The notes under the pieces: model-generated
Told to the model about the DNA's origin: nothing
Database searches by the model: none
The model's input: only the letters and a program-made list of their open reading frames with translations
Shown here: positions 51,501 to 63,500 of the stretch, piece by piece
Layout: every line of letters begins with the position of its first letter
Position numbering within the stretch: the first letter of the stretch is position 1
Assembly (NCBI GenBank): GCA_024704765.1
Contig: JAKMXF010000321.1
Location: forward strand, 682,001 to 746,000
Length of the DNA stretch: 64,000 nt
Direction: 5' to 3'
Source: Oopsacas minuta
Taxonomy: Eukaryota; Animalia; Porifera
Program-made: the position numbers and the translations under genes

Positions 51501-54500
51501 TCGCTTTCGGATGAGGATGCCTGAATTACCAATAATCTCATGGCAATTATTGATAATAATGGAAACCTAAGTTCATTCTGCTTCCACCAATCAAGGAGGT
51601 TAAAACTCTCACTTGTAGTATTCCAAACATTTAGTATAATGACCACCTCTATTAACTCTATTTAGAAGGTTTTCTAATTGACAAGTAACTCTTTTAAGCC
51701 TACATTGTATATAAATAAAATTTTGATGGGTCATGACCCACTAACCCATCTGACCCATTCGCAGCTCTGATCCCATATATCTTGATTAATTACAATGTGT
51801 AATATAATCGGACAATTTAGATCAATTTCTCAGTATAAAATAGAAATCATTATCTAGTAGAAGGATATATAGCCTGGTAATAGAGAACCGAGTTCTTCCC
51901 CTATTTCAGAGGGATGAAGCTATTGAATAATCCAAGAATGATTACTGCCATATTACCAGATGGTTTATTTATCCTCCCAATTCTATATCTACAGTATATA
52001 AGAAGGGTAAAGACTTATTTAACTGTATAATAGTTAAGATACCTAATCTTCCACGCGTTAGAGGAAATAACGATACATTGCTTTACATTGGTCAGGGGTT
52101 TGGACTAATTTACACTATAGTATGTACTGTGTGGTTAGTTTATGTTGTATTTAACATATTCTCACAAATTAGGAACAAAAAGAGATTTGTTACTTTAATC
52201 CATCTAGATAGTAGTTGTGATTATACAAATCGTCTCTTTATGCAAAATGAATCTATATTCCGGTATGTTATATTTCTTGTATTTCTTTGCTTTGAGCTGA
52301 TCTGCTGCTTGAGTATAATTATATTTGGAGTCTTATTAGAACTCAAGTTAAGCGTTAATATGATTCCAGTTGGTCCGAACTGTTCAGTATATTCGAAACA
52401 TTCATCGGAATTTCACATGATAATAGATATAACATTATTATTCAGCATTTAGTCTCTTCGTTCGGTGCTTTTTCATTTTCCATGATAATTTGGTTGTTTG
52501 GTGCTCTGCTTCTCCATTTGAGTTTTGCAGCTAGAAGTGAGTTGAAAATAAAAATAGTGCTGCGCTTCTTCTTGTTTCGGATACTTATTAATCTCATCAC
52601 ATTAATATTCTCATGTATTCGATACACTAGCATTTTCGGTGTCATCATACGAAGTTTGATCGATCAAATCAGTTTCTTTATCATAGTCTACATAGCTAAG
52701 AAGAGATTCTTTCCTGCCATGAATAGTCGTGTTATAGATGCATATCATCTCCATAATACTAATGTGTATCTACAACAGAAAAGATTGTTAAAACAGTATA
52801 AGGTGCTTGTCTTTGTTTTCTTGTTCGCATCTGAATTAGGTATTCTGAAATGTATGAGTTTTCAGGATTTGTATACAATAATTGAAACAATCTCTCTAAA
52901 CCTTTGTTGGTTTCAAGTAACCTATCATCTCCCTATACTCATGATATCAGAATTTTCAAAGGGTACACTTACTCAAATCAGAGCTGCAAATGGGTCAATG
53001 GGTCAGTGGGTCATGGGTCATGCATTAATGGGTCATGACCCATCAAAATTTTATTTATATACAATGTAGGCTTAAAAGAGTTACTTGTCAATTAGAAAAC
53101 CTTCTAAATAGAGTTAATAGAGGTGGTCATTATACTAAATGTTTGGAATACTACAAGTGAGAGTTTTAACCTCCTTGATTGGTGGAAGCAGAATGAACTT
53201 AGGTTTCCATTATTATCAATAATTGCCATGAGATTATTGGTAATTCAGGCATCCTCATCCGAAAGCGATAGACACTTTAGTGCCTTTAATGCTCGGCATA
53301 TCGTAACATCCCAACGGAATACAATGTTTCCAGAAACTATTGAAGCTGTCTCTGTTTTGTTGGAAGGATATAAAAACAACTTGATATAATTATTGTGTTA
53401 GACTAAATACTTACATTATACTTGCTCCTAATAATGAAATACATAATGGGTCAATGGTCATGGGTCACTTCATGTGACCCATTTGCAGCTCTGTATGGGA
53501 TATGTTAGTGCAGCAATCTGATAATTCATTTATTGGCTACGTCACTGGATAAATTATCCGATTAATTCTTGATTCTTCCATTGGTTGTAGATTAATGTAG
53601 ACAACTAAAAATCTCACGAATCATCTTTTTTACACACCTACAGTCCTACATTGTTGAGTTTATGCTACGTAATACATTTGACAGTTACAAATTTAGCACA
53701 ATTTAGATAACAAAAACAATAGGTATGCTTATGTATCTGGTCATAATCTTGTTCTTTCTATTCCTGAGTCCTAATCAAGACAATAAAGGATTAGAACTGA
53801 TCTGATAACGATATCTTTCTCTGTCATAAAACCAGTGCTTTAAGTATCCTTTAGCAGTGACATACATAATGTTCAAGTTTACGATAATAAAGTTAATATA
53901 AACAACAAGATCGATGAAGTGAAGTAATACACTACAAAAAGTGTATATTAGAATAAGAGTTGTCTTTGTAGATTCTGATATTATTATGACCATAGGAAGA
54001 TTATAAGTTACGTTAAACCAACAAAGATTTTGAGAAATTGATTCCAAAATCACAAATAAGTCAAACAAGAAAAATCTCTTCAGAATATATAACTCAGATG
54101 TGAACAAGAAAACAAAAACTATCACTTTATACTGTTTTAACAATCTTTTCTGTTGTAGATACACATAAGTATTATGGAGATGAAATGCATCTATAACACG
54201 ACTATTCATGGCAGGAAAGAATCTCTTCTTAGCTATGTAGAGTACAATAAAGAAACTAATTTGATCCATCAAACCTAGTAAGAGTATACCGAATACTCTA
54301 GTATACGGAATATAAGTTAATACCACCACGATAAGATATATAACTATTCCTAACAAGATGAAATGTATAACTACTTTCACTCTCAGCTTATTTCTAGCAG
54401 CAAACCTCAAATGGAGAAGAGAAGCACCAAATAGCCAAATCATCATGGAGAATGAAAAATCACCAAACAAAATAATAATATTCATACAAATACCGATAGA

Positions 54501-57500
54501 TCCTCTGTCGAATGAAACGCGAATGAATGTGTGTAATTCTATGGAGCAATGAGGAACAATTTGGTGAAAAATATTTCTTACTGGTTTGGGATCAAATATC
54601 ATTACTCCGAATATATTTATGTGCAGGCAATAGATCAGCTCAAAGCAAAGAAATACAAGAAAGATAACATACCGGAATAGTGTTTCTTTTAGCATGAATA
54701 GACGATTTGTATAATCACTACTACTCTTTAGATGCATTAATGTAACAATTCTTCTTTTGTTTCCAATTTGTGAATATATGTTAGCTATGACGTAAGGTAG
54801 CCACAAGAGGCATAATATAGTGTAGATTAGTCCTAAACCCTGACCAATGTAATACGCCTTATAGTCAACATCAGCTAGACTGTCAAGAACACATTGAACA
54901 TCTGAAGTGTTATTCATGACAATACAGTACTTCTAAATGAATCTTCAACAAATACACACACATATATATATATATAGCGAGATAATACACAAACTAAATA
55001 GATATTACTCAGATCAAAAGCGATTATAAGAAAAGACTAATAAATTAATCCCTCTGGAAGAATTTTACGCATTAGCATTCTATGAGTGATTAATATCCTA
55101 ATATAAAGTACTTTAGTATCATATTATGTAATGCTTCTTACCTTAGTTACTTACAGAGCAGTAGCCAAGGTAAGGTACCTGCGGCAATTCCGCGCCTGTG
55201 CTCACTACTATCCTGCACCATCGTGCGACCCTAGCTACGAATCTGGTTACATACGGGATAATGTCTCGTTATATGTTATAGCAGATCTTAAGATTAAGTC
55301 ACACATTTTATTACTAATTTTGTAACTGATTCAGTATCTGAAGTCACATTTGCTCTATCATGTAATAATCTTAGAATATTAGACATGCAAAATGCCAAAA
55401 ATCAACTATTTTTGAAATATATTTCTATTTTTGAAACTAACAAACTGAGGATATTTGTGGACAAAAGAGTATTTGTACGTCTCAGCTATTTCAGTTATGC
55501 AGAGTTATTTTCGATTTTTATTGAGAAGCAATTACGCTAAAGTTCCAAAATTCACATATACAGAAAAACTCAATACAAATATATCAATAGCCAAGTAAGA
55601 AATGGAATAACATAGAGATAGAATGAAGCAGAATAGTCATGAGTACCTGGTATAATATGATAGCTGTATTGTTTAAACATTAGGCATCCACTGCTAAATA
55701 TTATTATCCCAAACTTAAATCAATTAATAAGTACTACAATCGAAATTCAATAAAAATTATTGCCAATTCGTCATAGCTTCACAAAGAAATCTCATAAATA
55801 AGCTAGTATAGCATATCTCATGTGTCAATTAATTTGAAAAGTGCAAATGCCCCACAATCCACAATTGATTGACAATAGAAAAATACAATTGAATTAAATT
55901 CCAATAAATAGGCATGAAATTTTATGGCACCATAATAGACTATAGCATACGACGTGTATATATAAATTAATTGCAAGATCATATCATTTAACAACGAATA
56001 AGCAGGTTGACATAGGAAATGCTTCGGGTTGAGGTTCAAGGAGCTTCAGGCCTGAAAAATCAAGATTACACGAAAAAGAGTGACCCTTATTGTATTATAA
56101 AGTTTCAAGGACAATCTGACAAAACTAAAACAATAGAAAGAAATCTAAGTCCAATCTGGAACCAAGTACTAGAATTTGAAATAAGAGCTCCATTAACAGG
56201 GACTGAGAATATAGATTTGGAAATAAAAGATGAAAATACATTTGGACGCGACACGCTAATGGGAAAAGCTTCTATTCTAATTCGTACAGCAGTCAAATCA
56301 GGTAGACAACCTGTTGCCTCACAAGGATTGCTAGACAAATCTGGAAAGACTACACTAGGAACAGTCAACTTGATTGTAAGCTACAATCCGCCACACGAAA
56401 GAGGGCGTGCAGGTACATACGTAGAGAGGATAGCTGAAGACCAGAATTCACCTCTGGAGGAGAACATAGGGATAGGGATGGGAGACGACTGGGAAATTGT
56501 TGAGAATGAAAATCCAGACGAAAAAGATGCAGGATTGAGTGGACTAGATAGTAATAAGTCTGCAATAGCACGTGCTGACAAATTCAAACGCAAACAAGCT
56601 AGAATTCGGCTACCTAACGAACCTCTTGATTTCCAATTACAGATACATTGCATTGAAGCCCGTAGACTATCAGGGGGAGGTGGAAACATTAGTCCATCAT
56701 GTGCAATAAATATAGGGAGTCAATCAAAAAGTACATCATCAGTAGACAGTAGTATTAATCCTGTATGGGATGAGACGTTAATATTCTACTTCAGAATTAA
56801 GCCATCAGAGCTATTCAATACAATGCTAATGATTAAGGTAGTCAATAGTAAGTATGTGGTAATGGAGAACTTGATTGGTAGCTTCCAGATGGATATAGGC
56901 GTGATATACGATGAACCTAATCATGGATTCATACAAAAATGGTTGTTGTTAACAAACATAAAAGATACTTCAGCGGGACCTAAAGGCTACCTCAAGATAA
57001 GTATTCAAGTAGTCGGACCAGGAGATAGTCCAAGCCCCCTCCCACATTACGACCCAATTAGTTCCCATACTGATGACATAGAAGGAAATCTCCTCAGGCC
57101 AGCTGGTATCAATCTACAACCTGCAACCTTCAAAATCCGTATCTACAAAGCAGAAGATGTACCTCAAATGGATTCGGCGTATCTAGAAACTGTGAAGAAG
57201 ATATTTTCTAAGAATGCAACTGAATCGAAGAATCTAGTAGATCCTTACGTAACTGTAAGCTATGCTGGACACACAGTAACCACAGGAGTACGCTGGACAA
57301 CCTGTAATCCAGAATGGAATGAATCGCTCGCATTAGGCACAAGATTTCCCTCCATGAGTGAAAGAATACAAATCAGATTATACGATAAAGACACGACTAG
57401 TCAGGACGATATTATCGGGACAACTTTCCTATACCTTTCTAATATATCTCTCCCAGAAGGTGACAACGGCTTCTTGCCCACCTTCGGCCCTGCTTGGGTT

Positions 57501-60500
57501 AATTTCTACGGCTCCACACGTGAATACAAACATATAGGCACTGATTACGAGCATTTGAATGAAGGAGTTTTTGAAGGCGTAGCGTATAGAGGAAGAATAC
57601 TCATGGATCTTAATACAGAATTAGGCAAATACCCAGCAACCACACAAGCAGCCAAGTTTACAAGAGAAAAATCTCTTGCAAAAGGCTTCAAACGTCTAAA
57701 ACATAGAATCTACGTAGCTTTCTTCCATGCTACACAAATAAAACCGCATACAAGTGAAGTTTCATTCGAAGTTAGTATCGGTAACTATGGTTACCGAGAA
57801 GATCCGAATGCTATTATAGCACCATCCACTACCCAACCCACGAAACCTGTAACAGAGAACAACAGTCTCTTCTTCCTGCCCTGGGGCAAGATGAAACCCT
57901 GTTGTGTGATACCATGTTATTGGGAAAACAACGTATACCGTATTGAAAGCATGAACATACTAAATTATATTGCAGATGAACTTGAGTTGGAGACGATACA
58001 AGTAAGAGAGCTAATGAAGAAGGAGGATGTCGATAAAAAAGAAGTTTCTCAGGCGATTCTTAACATGCTTGAAAAGCTATCTACTCTGTTAAGTGAACCA
58101 CTACCTCTCTTACCGAGAGATGCACACACAATGCTAGATATTCATTGGTGGGGACTACGTGATAAAGAACGTAACGCTATTCTCAATGAAATCACAGGTT
58201 TGAAAGATTTAATCGATAAAGAAGAAGTAGTGTATATTTGTGAAGGATTCGTCAACAGAATCAGGGTAGTAGCAGTTGAGAGTCAAATCTCTATCCCTGA
58301 CATCATAATATGGATGATTCACGGTGTTGACCGTGTAGCTGTTGCTAGAATTCCTATACAGGATCTATTCTATTCTAAAAATCCGATAGCTAGAGGTAGA
58401 CTATGTGGCAAAATACATACAAGATTCCTAAGGGAACCAATAAAAGTAGCGAAAAATGATGTACATAGAGAATATAATGCTCAGTTGAGGATAGCTGCAT
58501 GGGTTGGAAGGGAGAAAAATACCTTTAATTGGGAGGAATGTATACCAGGAGGAACAGTTATGACATTCGCCGAAACATACGAGAACCAAATATTCACTGC
58601 GATTTCTTGGGGACCAGTTCCGTTTGGCCTGATTCCAGCTTGGTCAGATAGTACAGGTAAAATGAGTCTACCGAAAGAGAGCTTTGGAATTCCCATAGGA
58701 TGGAAATGGGATGATGACTGGATTGTTTCATCAGCAGAAGACATTGAATATGACCCAGAATATAAATTACATCGAATAATGGAAGAGACATATGAGGTGA
58801 GAACGAAGGATGAGGATGATCAGGATTGGAACGATACTAAAACAGTTTGGGAAGATGAGAACGGCAATCAAAGCTCAGCTCCACTAAACGTAAAACCTCC
58901 GAAGGGTTGGGACTGGGATGAATCTAAATGGACAATAGACACGAACAGAGCAGTGGATGAAGAAGGCTGGGAGTACGGAAGTAATCCTGACTCGAGGGAG
59001 TCTTTCAATCCAATCGAACTAGCAGACTCTATCATTAGAAGAAGGAAGATAGTAAGGGTTAGGGTTAGGAAAGCAGATGAGCTAGGGAATGATAAAAAGA
59101 GTACCAGTAGTAGCAGTGATGACGAACAATGGGAATATGCAACAACATTAAGTGGTCCATTTTACAGAGTCAAACAGATAACACATTTATTCCGTCGCAG
59201 GAGATGGCTTAGAAGAATGGTAGCTACTGAGAAGAATGCCTCTAATATATTTAGCATAACCCAAGAAGAAGTTACTAGTCATATAGAAGTAGTAAAGAGT
59301 AAGAAAGATAAACCTACACCAAAAAAACACAAAAAACTTCGTGAATCTCCAAGAATTTTCATGTGTTTCGAAAAGGAATACAGATGGACATTAAGAGCAT
59401 ATATATACCAAGCACGTACACTTCTATCAGGTGATAAGAATGGATTATCAGATCCTTTTGGTGAGGTTTCAATCTCAACTTCAAGTCAAAAGACACGTAC
59501 AATCAATAAGTCATTGTCTCCTACCTGGTGTCAAACTTTAACCTTCAATGAACTGGTGATTTATGGTGAGCCTGAATTCACTCAAAGCACCCCACCTATC
59601 GTGGTTGTTGATATCTACGATAAAGATATATTATTGAGAAATGAGCCTCTGGGACAAGCCTTAATCCGACCTGAGGTAATACTCAATGTGGAGGGACCTG
59701 TTACAAAAATGAAATGGCATAATATCATATATGCGGGTAGAGATGAAGGACAGCTATTAGCATCATTTGAATTGATATTACTCGATCCAGAAGGCAACAA
59801 CCTCAAGAAAATCGAAGCTTTAGAACTTTCGAGTGATCAAACATACTGTAAAATTCCAGATACAATTAGACCCAAGACACAGTTGATGCGCATAGAAGTT
59901 CTACTATGGGGATTAAGAGACATGAAAAGATTCGAACTAACATCTGTTAATCATCCGTTCGTAAGAATATCCTGTGGGGATTTTTACATAGACAGTGAAC
60001 ATATAAAAAACGCGAAAATAAACCCAAACTTTCCAAACCCTAGCATTCATTTGGACTGTGAGCTTCCAATAGAAGCAGTATACATGCCTCCACTTCAAAT
60101 ACAAGTCCTGGATAAGAGACTGTTCGGCAGGACACCAATTGTCGGTATACACAGTGTTACTACACTGAAAACATTTATAGTACACACCCCGGGATCCACA
60201 CAGGCACTCAATGTATGTCCAAATCTAAAGGCTAATATACCAGAATTTGTTGGAAAATTAGAGGAAGCAGGAGAGCCGAGTAGTCCTGGTACCAAAATAG
60301 CTTCTGCTCTGACTCACTTAACAAATCGAATAGAATTAGAATCAATTGAGAGTTCTGACTTAGAAATGGAGTATTCAGATTTCGATTGGTGGAGTAGATA
60401 TTACGCATCAATTGGTGATGAGAGGAGATCATCTGGATTTGAGAGTAAGGGTTATGAAAAGATGACGTATTATAAAGGGGAATTAGAGAAATGGTTCGGA

Positions 60501-63500
60501 AGCTTTAGAGATAGAACGAAAGATTTTCAGTTAACTCGGGGAAAAACTTTCAGCAGGAAATCAGAAGTGTCAGGACTATTCAAAGGAGATATAAAAGTCT
60601 ATCCTCTCTCAGAAGATGACACCCAAGATGTTCCGTTAATATTCAAAGACATACCAGAGCATGGTGTTAACGAAGTGACCGTTCGGGTATATATTATACG
60701 AGGAAGGCAATTCACTCCACAAGATCCATTCGGTAAATCAGATCCCTACATCAAAATAGTGCTAGGAGAGAAAGAAATGATAAACGACAAAGAGAATTAT
60801 ATTCCTAATAATCTCAATCCACTTTTTGGGAAGATTTTCGAATTCAATACATTTATCCCACAAGAACACGAAATGAGAGTTGTAGTGATGGATCATGATG
60901 CTCTATCAGCTGATGATCTGATCGGTTACACTTCTGTTGATTTGGAAAATAGATATCTATCAAGTATGCAGGCTACTTGTGGAATACCAAAATACTATTT
61001 TATTGCTGGACCTTGTAAATGGAGACATCAACTCTTACCTACTGTGTTGCTAGATAAATACCTGAAATCTAATAGATATGGCAGTGTAAGGTGGGTTGGA
61101 AACACAGAAGTGAATTTATGCAATCAGAAGTTTAGATTGAAAGAGGATTTCGAACCACATGGGATATTTCCACACATTTCTAACGAAATAGAGAGGAAAA
61201 TACTAACTAGACAGTTAGGCGGACAGAAACAGAGATTAGCTCTATATGTATTGAACCTATTCGAGCATGTGCCAGACCATATCGAAGAGAGAAAACTTAT
61301 AAATCCGATCCAGGGAGAAGTACCTCAAGGCTATCTAGAAATGTTCGTTGATATTTTCCCTAAAGCAGATGGAGTATTACCAGAACCTGTCGATATAGCT
61401 ATCCGACAGCCAGAAGACATGGTGTTGAGGATGGTTGTATGGAATGCAAAAGATGTGGAGCTATTGGATAATCCTATCTATCAAGACGATCCTACAGCTG
61501 ACATATACATCAAGGCGTTTCTACGAGGCCAGAATAAGAGCAAATCTACTGATGTTCACTACAGAAGCATGAATGGAGAAGGCATGTTTAATTGGAGATT
61601 AGTGTTCCCATTCAAATATCTACCGATTGAGCAGGAAATTGTTAGTACAGAGAAAGAGCATTTCTGGAAAATGGATGGCACAGAGAAACGTGTAGAACCT
61701 GAATTAGTTGTACAGATATGGGATAATGACCAATTCCTGCCTGATGATTATATTGGCAGTGTTGAATTCAAGTTAATTAACTTCTACAAACCGAGGAGAT
61801 CTGCATTTTGGACGAATTTGGAGCAAATAACACCCAGAGAGGATCACTCAAACGCTGACAATATTTTCAAGAGAAAGAGACTACGTGGCTGGTGGCCTGT
61901 TGTGAAGATTGAAGATGGAAATAATCCAAATATTACAGGAAAGATTGATATGGAAATTGAAATTCTAACTGCTGCTGAGGCTATCGACAAGCCAGCTGGA
62001 GAGGGCAGAGATGAACCGAATGCTAATCCGTTCCTAGCGAAACCAATTCGCCCTGCAACTTCCTTTGCTTGGTTTACTTCTCCTTTCAAAAGCTTCCGTT
62101 ACATTATCTGGAAACATTACAGAACTCAGATCATCATAGCTGCCATATTACTCGCTCCTGTTGTGCTATTTCTACTAATTTTACTATAATACGCCAATTT
62201 GAAGTATTTTTAGCATATAGGATATTAGATTAGATATCTAGTGAGAGTGTCGTATATATTGCTTCTTTGATATGAATAAATATTAGTAGTTTGACTATAT
62301 AGTAAACTTTCGTTATAACGAAATGCTCGGAACTCTGGTTTCATATCGTTATAATCGGTATTTCGTTAAGCGAAGTACTATCAATTATTTTCAAGCTATA
62401 GAGGTAAAGAATCACTTAGTTATAACAGGAGTTGACAGTAATAGGGGAATAAGAGTTCATGGTTTAACTCCTTTTAATATTATCAATACAAGCAGAATAA
62501 ACCGAAGGCTATAGAATAATTCTCAAATATAAATAGGTAAAATGCTGATGCTCTTTCCTCATGGATCAGGATGGATATGTGAATAATTGGCCTGTCACAT
62601 TAGCCAAATTTATATTAATAGAGAAACTACAATAATTTTCGAGAAAATCATATAACCTCTGAATAAGAGAATACACATTTATAGAAGTGAAAAGAAAGAT
62701 ACCTGTTGGAGCTAAGAACATTATCCTCTGTCCTGGTAATAGAGATCCTCCCTCTACCATTTTCCTAATTAACATACAAGCTATGTGTGTTTTACCCGCT
62801 CCAGTCCCTAGAATACGTGATGAGCAATAAAAATAGTAACAGATCTCGAAATATATAATTACGAAAGCAGAAGTATATATAATCTCAACACAATCATATT
62901 TCGAATAATCTCTTTTCAGTTATTAAATACAGTTTAATAAGTTTCGAATCCAAGAAAATATACAATTTGATGTGTATATGTTCTGCTTTCTCAGTTCCGA
63001 ACCGGTAATGACCCCTCTATCAATCAGATCACAGATCTAATTGAAAATGATTGTTCGGGGCCTACTGGAACAGGGAATCCTTATAGGGAACACCGTAAAC
63101 CTACTGGCCAGTTTCACGCTTCGACTAATAAGCTGTTCACAATAAGTAACCAAGGATGTTCTATTAATTTCCCTAATGGACTGGTTTATAGATAGGGACG
63201 CGGGGTACATTAGTTTAGGTGTGAACGATGTCAAAATAGGATATTTTCATTCAATCTGAATTGTTTACTAATATGAATTTCGAAAGAAAGCTTAATAATT
63301 ACATGAAATAAATAAACCATTTTACACAAACTAAATTCACTAGATATAATGTAGTACTCAAACTACTCATAAAAGGTATACACATTCATTTTATGCTTCC
63401 ATCAATGGTTGTCTCCACCTCCCCAATCCAGACATATATGTGTCAAAGGTGGAATTTGATACGAGGGCTTTTCAAATTTCCTACCCCTGGGAGATTTCAA

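Noticed and set aside
52979-53069. Novel C-terminus [19 protein letters not shown] on ORF 52482-53069 (and the MTHGSVGH start of ORF 51036-51287)
   Set aside because: These are read-through into the TGACCC/GGGTCA subterminal repeats of the hAT ends, not a protein domain.
51380-53389. The two identical 88-aa ORFs as functional genes
   Set aside because: They are only the C-terminal dimerisation remnant of a hAT transposase inside roughly 0.5-kb deleted elements and begin at a non-ATG codon.
56105-62089. Short minus-strand ORFs over ferlin (and similar shadow ORFs over DENND5, EHBP1, MGAT1, TRAF, NHL, PIK3R5-like, AOAH and the SAM gene)
   Set aside because: They are antisense or alternative-frame shadows of long real CDSs with no recognisable motifs. 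None is needed as a Dicer exon, since exons 2 and 3 join correctly without them.
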